A stretch of 64,000 nt of DNA. It comes from a virus. Lineage: Duplodnaviria; Caudoviricetes. This document shows, in pieces, positions 45,540 through 53,394 of the stretch. The notes under the pieces were generated by a model that was not told where the DNA came from, searched no databases, and was given only the letters and a program-made list of their open reading frames with translations. The stretch lies in the IMG/VR virus record IMGVR_UViG_2140918008_000001, positions 3,491 to 67,490 of that record; one strand, 5' to 3'. Positions within the stretch are counted from its first letter, which is position 1, and each line of letters starts with the position of its first letter. The position numbers were made by a program, and so were the translations under genes.

Positions 45540-47063
45540 TTATCCTCTCAAAGCAAATGTCTGTGTCGGAACATCTTGATTAAGATGTGTAAAATCTACC
45601 GTTGCCCATTTCTTTACTGGAGCTAACTTTGCAAAACATCCTGATACACTATCTATTCGATCATCATGCATCTTAGAATTTGGAAATGAACCAACTTGTT
45701 GTAAAAATGCCTGGTTCCAATCACCTTCCAATAAATACACCATACCCATACTTGCCCTTGCAAACCAAGGTTGTGCTCTCATCACCTTATCTCCTAAATC
45801 TCGTGGATTATGAGGTCTTACCATATATCCAGCCAAAGCAATTTGAGAAGCAATTTCAGCAACCTGATTTTTACCTCCGGCTCCACCTTCCTGTTCAATG
45901 TAAATTGGAACTTCTGTCCCATCTATCATTGCTGTTTCAATAATAGTTATTTTTATCTCTGCCCATGCCATTTGTTTCGCTACTTGATCCTCAATTACAA
46001 ATCTTCCATTCATATCCAGAGATAATCGTGTTCCTACGGTACTATCAGGATCATCTGATTTCCTACCAGCCAATTTCTTCTCACTGGCGGCTAAATCCCA
46101 ATATCGACATCTTCCTTTTACTTCTGTTGGTAACTCATGTAGGATTTTCCCATAGAACCAGTTAGGATCACCTAATGCTGTTCCTTCATCAGAGAATTGT
46201 CCATATAATTCCTGATTCCTCAACCAACCTGTAGGATAATTTGCAAGCATAGAAGCATAATAACCTGGATCAAGATTGGCCTTATTATCCTCAATGGTCA
46301 TATACCGCAAATGGAATATTTCTCGCTTATGCCCCATTGCTTCTTCCATAAGTTTCAATGTCTCTGCATCAACCTCATTTTCAACAAAAACTTTATAGAG
46401 CCAATGTAATGTTCCTCTTGGGGTTGCCGTAACAAAAGATTGTGCATCAGGTGGAATACGCACAGCAGCATTAGCAATTCTCCACCCCATTCCACTATCA
46501 TCTCGACCTCCCTCATCATACCAAAGCCAATTAACATTCGGGCCTCTGGCTGAATCGGGATCACGTAATCCTTTACAATAAACTACTGCTTTATTCAAGA
46601 AATTCAACGCAAATGGCTGATGAGGCATCCATTCAGGATTAGAACGATACCGCTGTGAGGGGACAACCATGCGCCAAGGTATCCATTCTCTAAATTCAGG
46701 CCAGGTAGATAATCGAAAGTTCTCAAAATCTGGATTAATAACCATACCAGATAAACCTAAAGAGAGTTTTTGAAGTGCCTTCTGTGCTCCAGAGCAACTT
46801 TTTCCACTTCCACGGCCTGCCACTAATGCCAAAAATCTTGCATTACTGGTAAGAAAATCTAGTTGTGGAACACTAGGAATAAAGTGTTTCCCATCCAATT
46901 TAGAAAAATAACCATTTTCATCTAACGGCCATTCGCTTGCAGTTTGAAGTTGCTTTAGATAACCATCGACAGGTAAACCTCTTGATCGCATCTCTCCAAT
47001 TGCTAAGAGAAGATGCTGTCGTTCTGCATCACTTAGTTTACTCGTCTGTCTGGCTGTCGGCAT
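45540..47063 (-). CDS. terL: terminase large subunit
   Basis: AGRGSGKS Walker A, GPNVNWLWYDEG Walker B, TATP, YWDLA, EQEGG, HDDRIDS. Confidence 0.92.
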   Translation of the reverse strand: MPTARQTSKLSDAERQHLLLAIGEMRSRGLPVDGYLKQLQTASEWPLDENGYFSKLDGKHFIPSVPQLDFLTSNARFLALVAGRGSGKSCSGAQKALQKLSLGLSGMVINPDFENFRLSTWPEFREWIPWRMVVPSQRYRSNPEWMPHQPFALNFLNKAVVYCKGLRDPDSARGPNVNWLWYDEGGRDDSGMGWRIANAAVRIPPDAQSFVTATPRGTLHWLYKVFVENEVDAETLKLMEEAMGHKREIFHLRYMTIEDNKANLDPGYYASMLANYPTGWLRNQELYGQFSDEGTALGDPNWFYGKILHELPTEVKGRCRYWDLAASEKKLAGRKSDDPDSTVGTRLSLDMNGRFVIEDQVAKQMAWAEIKITIIETAMIDGTEVPIYIEQEGGAGGKNQVAEIASQIALAGYMVRPHNPRDLGDKVMRAQPWFARASMGMVYLLEGDWNQAFLQQVGSFPNSKMHDDRIDSVSGCFAKLAPVKKWATVDFTHLNQDVPTQTFALRG

Positions 47064-47664
47064 CTAATTCCTCTTTATTAGTATCAGAAAACTCTGCATC
47101 AACTGTTTCTTCTACATCTTTCTCAATAATTGATCCTGTCATTCGTAAAGCTTCATCAGGATTTATCTTTGCAAGTAATTTTCCTACAATATCCCCTAAT
47201 TCCTCATCTTTCAACTCAGCAATTTTCAATAATGCATCTGGTATACCTCTTGCATTTCGCTCAATCTCTACACCTGTTTTGATTGCTCCAAGAGCTACAC
47301 GATCACTATCAATTGGATGTGTGTCAAAATATTCAGCTCCAGCATCTTGTAACATCTTACCAAGATCAGCCTGTCTACGCAACATCTCAACTTTTTCATT
47401 GATTGCTTGTATTTCAATTTGTCTGGATACTTCAGCATCTAAAACATCCGCCCGTTCATTCCAAGCAAATTTCGTAGGCCATTTAGTTAACATCGCATAA
47501 TGAACAGTCTCACCTGATGCTTCATCTGCTGAAACATGCTTCATTAATTCCGTTGCAGATGGACGACCTAATTTATACCAGAGTAGAAAACACTTCTCAA
47601 CGTAATCCATTGAGTAAGCATTACTATTTGATATTTTTATTCCTAGATCATTGGCTGGTGCCAT
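47038..47664 (-). CDS. probable terminase small subunit
   Basis: Directly upstream of terL; N-terminal HTH-like segment, W..RAD..D, helical core, acidic tail. Confidence 0.6.
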   Translation of the reverse strand: MAPANDLGIKISNSNAYSMDYVEKCFLLWYKLGRPSATELMKHVSADEASGETVHYAMLTKWPTKFAWNERADVLDAEVSRQIEIQAINEKVEMLRRQADLGKMLQDAGAEYFDTHPIDSDRVALGAIKTGVEIERNARGIPDALLKIAELKDEELGDIVGKLLAKINPDEALRMTGSIIEKDVEETVDAEFSDTNKEELDADSQTDE

Positions 47665-47905
47665 ATTTTTCCAGAAATTCTCTGCGTAGTCGTAATAACT
47701 CTGTTACAAAATTGATTGCTCCATGCTGATGTATTTCTTCATGGCAAGCATGACACAGTGGAACACGATTTTCAAACTTCTCTGCTATTTTACCACAGGA
47801 TCGAGGAAGTATTTCATGAACGGTTACTGCTCTCTTATTACAACGAATACATCGTCCATGAAATAACCTCATGATCTCATTGTTTTGCTCTTTAGAGAAC
47901 TGCAC
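47648..47905 (-). CDS. small HNH nuclease (packaging-associated, HK97 gp74-like position)
   Basis: CIRC..VHEILPRS..NRVPLCHACHEEIH next to terminase. Confidence 0.75.
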   Translation of the reverse strand: MQFSKEQNNEIMRLFHGRCIRCNKRAVTVHEILPRSCGKIAEKFENRVPLCHACHEEIHQHGAINFVTELLRLRREFLEKYGTSQ

Positions 47906-47909
47906 AAGA

Positions 47910-48092
47910 CTATTTCTTAGCCTTTTTTAGTTTCTTCTGTAATTTCTTATTTTCTATTTTTAATTCATCAATCGTATCAAGAAGGTCGAGAAACCATTCT
48001 TCATAATCATCAACAACAACTTGATATTCAGAAACTTCTTTTCGAAGATGAGCGATTTCCATGACAACTGCTTTCCAATCATATTTCTTCAT
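47910..48092 (-). CDS. hypothetical coiled-coil protein
   Basis: AAGGAG RBS. Confidence 0.5.
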   Translation of the reverse strand: MKKYDWKAVVMEIAHLRKEVSEYQVVVDDYEEWFLDLLDTIDELKIENKKLQKKLKKAKK

Positions 48093-48102
48093 GTTTGTCT
48101 CC

Positions 48103-48573
48103 TTATTTTACTACAGGCATATTATTTAGACGTTTCAGAGCCTTCAAACGAGCATCCAATACCTTGATATGTTCAAGAACAATTGGAAGCCGTTCTACAA
48201 CACACTTCTCAGCCCAAGCAATCTCGTTTTCATCTGGTTCCTCACCTGGGACTTCATGAGTTACATCCCTACGATAACGAAATTTCAAAAACTCTGCCGA
48301 TCTTTCAGCAGATCGATATAATCCAGGTTGAGTAAAGGCTGAACCTGAATAGGGATTATAAATCCCATGTGTCATAAACCAAGCCACCGTTTTCCTCAAC
48401 GATGACGTAAGAACCATTACTGCAAAAACAAGATCATTATCAAGTACGGATTCGCGATTGCGAGCCGAGGGACTACGAATTGCACACATACTTATTGTCT
48501 CCTTTTCAAATATTATATTATCAACAACTAGTATACCATGAATTATTCTTATGTCAATATCCATAAAATACAC
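48103..48573 (-). CDS. hypothetical protein
   Basis: 156-aa ORF; start uncertain. Confidence 0.5.
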   Translation of the reverse strand: MYFMDIDIRIIHGILVVDNIIFEKETISMCAIRSPSARNRESVLDNDLVFAVMVLTSSLRKTVAWFMTHGIYNPYSGSAFTQPGLYRSAERSAEFLKFRYRRDVTHEVPGEEPDENEIAWAEKCVVERLPIVLEHIKVLDARLKALKRLNNMPVVK

Positions 48574-48582
48574 ATACTCCTC

Positions 48583-48754
48583 TTGACATAAACATAAAAA
48601 GGATGTATACTAAAAATGTTGAGGGTGTAGCATCCCAAGACAAGAAAGCCATACTGCATCTACCCAAACCACTATTTATCTTTGGTTTGTAGTCTCCTAT
48701 GTGGATGCAGGATGCTACAGACTACATACCAAAAATAAGGAGTGGTTTTTGTTT
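48583..48754 (+). promoter_or_regulatory. sigma70 promoter plus structured HNH leader, copy 4
   Basis: TTGACA-17-TATACT; A 48626-35/48710-19, B 48655-63/48701-09, C 48666-95/48719-48 containing RBS AAGGAG. Confidence 0.7.
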
Positions 48755-49315
48755 ATGCCCAATCACAATGCAAAACCAGAGAGAAATCAAGAAATTAGAG
48801 ATATGTGGAAAGATGGAAAAACATTAAAAACCATAGGAATAAAATTTGGGATTACAAAAAGACGAGTAAGTTTTTTAATTAAAGGAGTAGATAGAAAGAC
48901 AGCCCCCAAAACATATTCTTATTCATATGTTCGTCCAAGACACAACAAATATTATGGAATAAGGCATAGTGACACGGTAAAATTTTGGGAACATGTAAAA
49001 ATTGGAAATAAAGATGAATGTTGGGAATGGTTAGGGGGGAAATCACACGGATATGGCACAGTAATAATAAATACAGAGCATAAACAAGCCCATGATTTTG
49101 CCTATGAGTGGGTAAATGGGCCTATTCCCATAGGGTTAGAGGCATGTCATAAATGTAATAATAAAGGGTGCTGTAATCCAAATCATATCTACGCAGGAAC
49201 ACGACAACAAAATATGGATGATTTGCATGAACGGTATGTACGAGGAGAACTAGTTCGGATAGGTAAATATTACCCAAGACGACCAAAACAAGATAAAAAC
49301 ATAGCGACCCCATAA
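48755..49315 (+). CDS. HTH + HNH (HNH_3-like) endonuclease
   Basis: RNQEIRDMW..TLKTIGIKFGITKRRV HTH; ECWEW, AHDFAYE, ACHKCNNKGCCNPNHI..GTRQQN. Confidence 0.85.
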   Translation: MPNHNAKPERNQEIRDMWKDGKTLKTIGIKFGITKRRVSFLIKGVDRKTAPKTYSYSYVRPRHNKYYGIRHSDTVKFWEHVKIGNKDECWEWLGGKSHGYGTVIINTEHKQAHDFAYEWVNGPIPIGLEACHKCNNKGCCNPNHIYAGTRQQNMDDLHERYVRGELVRIGKYYPRRPKQDKNIATP

Positions 49316-49573
49316 AAGTATCCCCACTCGGACAGCAATTAGGGATCAATGTTGCAAAGAAAAACTCAGATAACACGTATGATCTGTTAGATGAATTGTC
49401 TAACAAGCGTGGACTGTACTAGGAAGGGAGTTTGTAGACGGGTAAAACTAGACCTGAGCCTCCAGTAAGAAATCAACTGGTTGTCTACATTCGAGGTAAC
49501 TATCCTACCGTAATGTTTGGATAGGGGTAAACCAAGAATATCCATGATACAGTCCGAGGCATCATTGTGGGGT
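49297..49573 (+). ncRNA. about 280-nt structured RNA with group-I-intron-like core elements
   Basis: Helices ACCCCATAA/TTGTGGGGT, GGACTGTA/TACAGTCC, TGTAGAC/GTCTACA, CCAGT/ACTGG, GTTAGA/TCTAAC, AAACATAGCG/CGTAATGTTT. Confidence 0.5.
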
Positions 49574-49777
49574 AAACCCTAATAACAATAAAACTTAACT
49601 TAATATAGTATATACAGAAAACAAAACTTTAAAAATTCTTTCTTCTCTATATATACCTATAGAACATATTTTCTACTTCTAATCCTAACATCTCTGAGAC
49701 ACATATTAGGTTATGTTAGGTTAATCCTTACATACAATTATCCTGTATAATTGGGTACAGGATAAATAAATTGGGTC

Positions 49778-49806
49778 TTGACATACAGTGAACATCGTAG
49801 TAAGAT
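49778..49806 (+). promoter_or_regulatory. sigma70 promoter of the ncRNA array
   Basis: TTGACA-17-TAAGAT; predicted +1 near 49813 coincides with the first closing stem. Confidence 0.7.
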
Positions 49807-49812
49807 ATATTC

Positions 49813-49934
49813 ATGTCCGATAGTGGCGAAGGGAAAGCCAAAGGAGCAGCACAACCTGTAGATCAATCAGTTCTGCCAAGTAAGATAAGAAAATCCAAGA
49901 TTGTGATAGGTTCGAGTCCTATCCTATCGGACAT
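49813..49934 (+). ncRNA. tRNA-like RNA (module A)
   Basis: 11-bp acceptor-like stem, D-like TGGC/GCCA hairpin, canonical T arm GATAGG-TTCGAGT-CCTATC; no canonical anticodon arm. Confidence 0.65.
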
Positions 49935-49940
49935 AGAAAC

Positions 49941-50031
49941 AGGTCAAGGGCATTTAGAGATCACGAAAGGAGAAACTTGGACTAGACAACCAAAGGAAAA
50001 TCTGATTAAGGAAATTTGAAGCCCTTGACCT
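49941..50031 (+). ncRNA. stem-closed RNA module
   Basis: AGGTCAAGGGC / GCCCTTGACCT 11-bp perfect closing stem. Confidence 0.5.
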
Positions 50032-50059
50032 AACTTTAACAAAATGAATATGAACAAGA

Positions 50060-50254
50060 GAGTGGCGGTGTTGACGTGAAACACAGCGTAGGTTTCAAAA
50101 GGGAACTGAAAGGCATCGGAATAACATAGGAAATGTAACAGTGATTAACTTGAAAAAAGTGGCCGTTATCTGTCCCACATTTCCGCCCAACAAAAACGTT
50201 TCCCTACTCCGTAATTTAGAAGCTGCTTTAAGCAAAGACTACTCGGAGCCACTC
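50060..50254 (+). ncRNA. 195-nt multibranched RNA module (B)
   Basis: GAGTGGC/GCCACTC closing stem; GGAAATGT/ACATTTCC, GTAGG/CCTAC, CTCCG/CGGAG, GTGTT/AACAC. Confidence 0.55.
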
Positions 50255-50262
50255 AAAAATAT

Positions 50263-50335
50263 GGACTTGTAGCGCAACGGATAGCGCAGTAGATTTCTAA
50301 TCTATTGGTTGATGGTTCAAATCCATCCAAGTCCA
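50263..50335 (+). tRNA. tRNA-Arg(UCU), CCA not encoded
   Basis: Acceptor GGACTTG/CAAGTCC, D arm, anticodon stem GTAGA/TCTAT with loop TT-TCT-AA, T arm GATGG-TTCAAAT-CCATC. Confidence 0.92.
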
Positions 50336-50336
50336 C

Positions 50337-50468
50337 TTGAGCGGCGATGTGGTGCAGAACGTATAGTGGACACTTATAAAGGCGCAAGTGTTTAGTTGCA
50401 GGCCAAACACGAGGCTATTTTAGTCAGGAAGCCCTCTGACACAGCAGGTTCAAATCCTGCCCGCTCAA
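50337..50468 (+). ncRNA. tRNA-like RNA with a 46-nt insert in place of the anticodon loop (module C)
   Basis: TTGAGCGG/CCGCTCAA, D stem ATGT/ACGT, ATAGT/GCTAT, variable arm GTCAG/CTGAC, T arm GCAGG-TTCAAAT-CCTGC. Confidence 0.7.
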
Positions 50469-50541
50469 CTACAAGGCGAGTTGAAAACTTGCAGCGATAG
50501 GACGTACAAAGGTCTGAGTTAAAAGTCTCGAATCCTTGTAG
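50469..50541 (+). ncRNA. 73-nt stem-closed module (D), degenerate tRNA-sized
   Basis: CTACAAGG/CCTTGTAG; CGAGTT/AACTTG hairpin. Confidence 0.45.
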
Positions 50542-50551
50542 TAAAAATCGT

Positions 50552-50643
50552 GGGCATCACCTTATTGTGGCTGTCATTAGCGTAATCTTGTACAGACTAG
50601 TCCATAAACGTAATGATGGTGTCGTGAAACACAGACCTTGCCC
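50552..50643 (+). ncRNA. stem-closed module (E)
   Basis: GGGCA/TGCCC; CATTA/TAATG; shares GGTGT..CGTGAAACACAG with module B. Confidence 0.45.
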
Positions 50644-50703
50644 TCCAAATATTTGACACAATGTCAACTCTGTACAACATTATACAAGAAAGGATAAGAT
50701 AAA

Positions 50704-50910
50704 ATGACAAACTCAAATCAAAATCGAGATTTCGGTAGTACATTTTTGGAGGACATTATTACTTGAGTAGGACAAAACATGAATCCAGATAATATATTTA
50801 GTATGGAGGAATTGAGAAGTTGGACTATGCAGAATTATCTGCCCGAAGAAGTTTATCCAACACCTGAATTAGAAGATTGGGCAAAAAGAGAAGGATGGGT
50901 AAAAAAATGA
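50704..50910 (+). pseudogene. 68-codon gene with in-frame TGA at 50764-66
   Basis: MTNSNQNRDFGSTFLEDIIT*VGQNMNPDNIFSMEEL...DWAKREGWVKK*; AAGGA RBS; terminal TGA overlaps the next ATG. Confidence 0.65.
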
Positions 50911-51329
50911 CAGTTTTATATCTCTCAGGTAAATATTCTGCTGATACCTTTGATGGAATTACCAAAAACATTATAGATGCACGTAAAATAGCTGTAAATC
51001 TATGGGAACAAGGTTTTACAGTACAGTGTCCGCAGATGAATACAGCTCATTTTGAAGTTGATACGAAGAAAGTCTCTTATGATGATTGGTTGAAGGGGGA
51101 TTTAGAGATGGAGATGCGTTGTGATGCTGTAATTATGTTACCTGGCTGGAAAGACAGTAAGGGAAGCAAATTAGAGCATGAATTAGCAGAGAAATATCAA
51201 ATACCGATCTATTACTGGCCGGATCATCCTGAGATAACATATCAAGAGTTATTTCATGTGGACAAATTACATGCTTTGATGAAAGCATTGATGATTTTGT
51301 ACAGATCATTCCTGAGAGGAGAGATATAA
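50907..51329 (+). CDS. DUF4406-like (nucleoside deoxyribosyltransferase-fold) protein
   Basis: VLYLSGKY, CPQMN, WLKGDLEM..RCDAVIMLPGWKDSKGSKLEHELA. Confidence 0.75.
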   Translation: MTVLYLSGKYSADTFDGITKNIIDARKIAVNLWEQGFTVQCPQMNTAHFEVDTKKVSYDDWLKGDLEMEMRCDAVIMLPGWKDSKGSKLEHELAEKYQIPIYYWPDHPEITYQELFHVDKLHALMKALMILYRSFLRGEI

Positions 51330-51330
51330 T

Positions 51331-51687
51331 ATGTCTAGAACACCTGCACCTTGGAAGTTGGAAATTGATTCTGATCCTGAGTGGGCATGGATATGGGATT
51401 CAGAAGAAAAGACGATTATTGCTAATAAAATTATTCTAAATAAAAATGACAAATCTAATTTGTTGTTAATGGTTGTTGCGCCAGAACTTCTTGAATTATG
51501 TGAAAAAGCATTATCCTGGTTTAAAGCACTTCCTTGGGAACATCAATCTTCAACTCTTATGGATGAATTAGATTTTGTTATTGATAAGGCCAAGGGAGGA
51601 GAACAAGAAACTTTTGTTATTCCTCCTCGGAATAAGGAAGAGGAAGAAGCTGCTACTTGTGAATTTCCTGTAGATGAGGAGGCATAA
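51331..51687 (+). CDS. hypothetical phage protein
   Basis: TPAPWK...LMVVAPELLELC pattern. Confidence 0.65.
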   Translation: MSRTPAPWKLEIDSDPEWAWIWDSEEKTIIANKIILNKNDKSNLLLMVVAPELLELCEKALSWFKALPWEHQSSTLMDELDFVIDKAKGGEQETFVIPPRNKEEEEAATCEFPVDEEA

Positions 51688-51688
51688 A

Positions 51689-51847
51689 ATGTTTGCTTGT
51701 CCATTCTGTAAAGAAAAAGCAGATAGGATCAAAGAATTGAACAAACTCTTAATCCTGATCGTAAATTCATATGATAACAAAACAGGAAAGATGCTAGAGA
51801 AATTAATTGAAAGGGCCAGGGAACTAACAGAGAATGCTGAAGTGTGA
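51689..51847 (+). CDS. 52-aa hypothetical protein
   Basis: GGAGG RBS; MFACPFCKEK... Confidence 0.5.
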   Translation: MFACPFCKEKADRIKELNKLLILIVNSYDNKTGKMLEKLIERARELTENAEV

Positions 51848-51848
51848 C

Positions 51849-52031
51849 ATGAATAACAGATTAAGAGCATTTGACACAGTGTCAACTCCGAATGGAAAAG
51901 GAATGCTAATCAGTCAGGATGGGCAGGGAAAGTTACTGGTAGTGATCAAGAAGAAAGATTTAGTTGGGAAGTCCTGTTCAGGGCCATGTATTAATGTGTG
52001 GATAGATAAGGAAGATGTAATAAAGGAATAA
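51849..52031 (+). CDS. hypothetical protein containing the palindrome (FDTVST)
   Basis: Paralog of the degenerate copy at 54114-54279. Confidence 0.55.
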   Translation: MNNRLRAFDTVSTPNGKGMLISQDGQGKLLVVIKKKDLVGKSCSGPCINVWIDKEDVIKE

Positions 52032-52059
52032 AAACGCCCCGGCATCATCGCCAGGGCGT
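52029..52059 (-). terminator. intrinsic terminator
   Basis: GC-rich hairpin ACGCCC(C/T)GGC...GCC(A/G)GGGCGT followed by a T run on the minus strand. Confidence 0.7.
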
Positions 52060-52079
52060 ATGTGCATGAATTTCGGATT

Positions 52080-53360
52080 TTATGTCAATGATGCAATTAC
52101 CGGCCCAACCACTTCTCCATAAACAGTATTGGTTGGCACATCGTTTTCATGGATTTTATCTGCTGCAAAATATGCGGTATTGGTCGCGTCTTGTAAACGT
52201 GCATCGCCACCCAAATCGGCATAACCGTCCACGAATGAATGATCGGCATCTGTTAATGCCCTCAGCGCGGGCCAAGTAGTACTATGCCAGGTTGAACATC
52301 CAGTACCTTGGGCGTCCACTTCGGAACACAAAATAACCTTATTCCATCCGGCTGCTTTTCTAGCTGCACAATATGTTTGCGTATCGGCATAGATTTGAGC
52401 AGCCGTACGCAATCCGCCTGTACAATCATTTAACCCAGCCCAAAGCACAAGTACATTATTTCCGGGTTTTAGCAGCGGGTCGATCTTAGTTGGGGCATCG
52501 GTAATCAGGTCATGCAGTTGCCTACCATTTGTTCCCATCGTGGCATATCCATATTGTTTTGTGGTATTCCCGAAGGCATAAGTCATCATTAAGCCCTGGG
52601 CATATTTTAGGTTCGACCTACTATCTCCGTCGAAAACTACCTGTCCTTGACTGCCCGCGACTGTCCACGCCTCTGCGGGTGTTATTTTGCGATTCCCAAA
52701 CAACACATCTGACCCGTATCCTGTAATTGACGTACCGGCGCTGCCGGAATAGGCAAATGCCAGGGCATACGCAAAATTGCCTACATATGTATCTGCCATT
52801 GGAGTCATGACTGACTGCGGCAAAACACCATTGATATAGATAGATGTCAGGTTGTCGGCAAGAGACCAAGACGCAATTATATTAATCCAGTTGTTGAGCG
52901 GCCAAAATCCACGGATTGTATTGGCATTAAAAGTACTGCCTGCGCGATAATTGACGTCTATCCCAAGTCCTCCTCCGCCATACCGAATTTCGAATATATT
53001 GGAGGAGTTATTTCCAAAACGAAAGATATAACCACCGGTTGCCGTAAACTTCACCCAGGCCGAGATAAATCCTTGTGTATGATCGGCAGCGGCGTAGAGA
53101 CTGTCGCTGCCGAGATTGATATAGCCAACGGGCGATCCTGGGAATAGAGGGCAAGGTTTACCTTTTTTGCTGGTCGCACTTGAGAGAGTGGAATTAACAT
53201 ACGCGGCGTTGCGATTATTCCCACTGATATCCGCTGCTACCGATCCGCTCGCCTCCCACAACGGCCAATAGCCGATCAAGGATGATCCAAACAATATCTT
53301 GACCTTCTGCCAGTATTGCACGCCCATCGCCGCAATCGCCAGTTCTAAAATTCGTCTCAT
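52080..53360 (-). CDS. LamG/ConA-like domain + SGNH/GDSL hydrolase
   Basis: GYWPLWEASG..ADISGNNR, ISAWVK (LamG); FDGDSR, WAGLND, DKIH (SGNH blocks I, III, V). Confidence 0.8.
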   Translation of the reverse strand: MRRILELAIAAMGVQYWQKVKILFGSSLIGYWPLWEASGSVAADISGNNRNAAYVNSTLSSATSKKGKPCPLFPGSPVGYINLGSDSLYAAADHTQGFISAWVKFTATGGYIFRFGNNSSNIFEIRYGGGGLGIDVNYRAGSTFNANTIRGFWPLNNWINIIASWSLADNLTSIYINGVLPQSVMTPMADTYVGNFAYALAFAYSGSAGTSITGYGSDVLFGNRKITPAEAWTVAGSQGQVVFDGDSRSNLKYAQGLMMTYAFGNTTKQYGYATMGTNGRQLHDLITDAPTKIDPLLKPGNNVLVLWAGLNDCTGGLRTAAQIYADTQTYCAARKAAGWNKVILCSEVDAQGTGCSTWHSTTWPALRALTDADHSFVDGYADLGGDARLQDATNTAYFAADKIHENDVPTNTVYGEVVGPVIASLT

Positions 53361-53394
53361 ACTCTCACCTCATAAAATAATATTTTCATGGGCA

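Noticed and set aside
34202-47500. Long antisense ORFs in the track (e.g. 34202-34666, 38827-39535, 40185-40922, 46937-47500, 1415-1825)
   Set aside because: They are shadows of well-supported genes on the opposite strand, with no RBS or recognisable motifs.
49600-49765. Replication origin in the AT- and pyrimidine-rich spacer with CCTAACAT/ATGTTAGG and TATCCTGTA/TACAGGATA inverted repeats
   Set aside because: Plausible but no iterons or computed skew data; the hairpins could equally be terminators.
49813-50019. 68-aa ORF from the track
   Set aside because: No RBS, starts at the predicted +1, and coincides with a T arm and perfect closing stems; better explained as ncRNA (leaderless translation not excluded).
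50289-50305. Amber suppressor tRNA (CTA visible in TTTCTAA)
   Set aside because: The anticodon stem GTAGA/TCTAT centres the loop on TCT (Arg); the CTA register does not form a stem.
50060-50468. tmRNA
   Set aside because: No module has the GGGG 5' end, G-U acceptor determinant, tag ORF or roughly 350-nt length.
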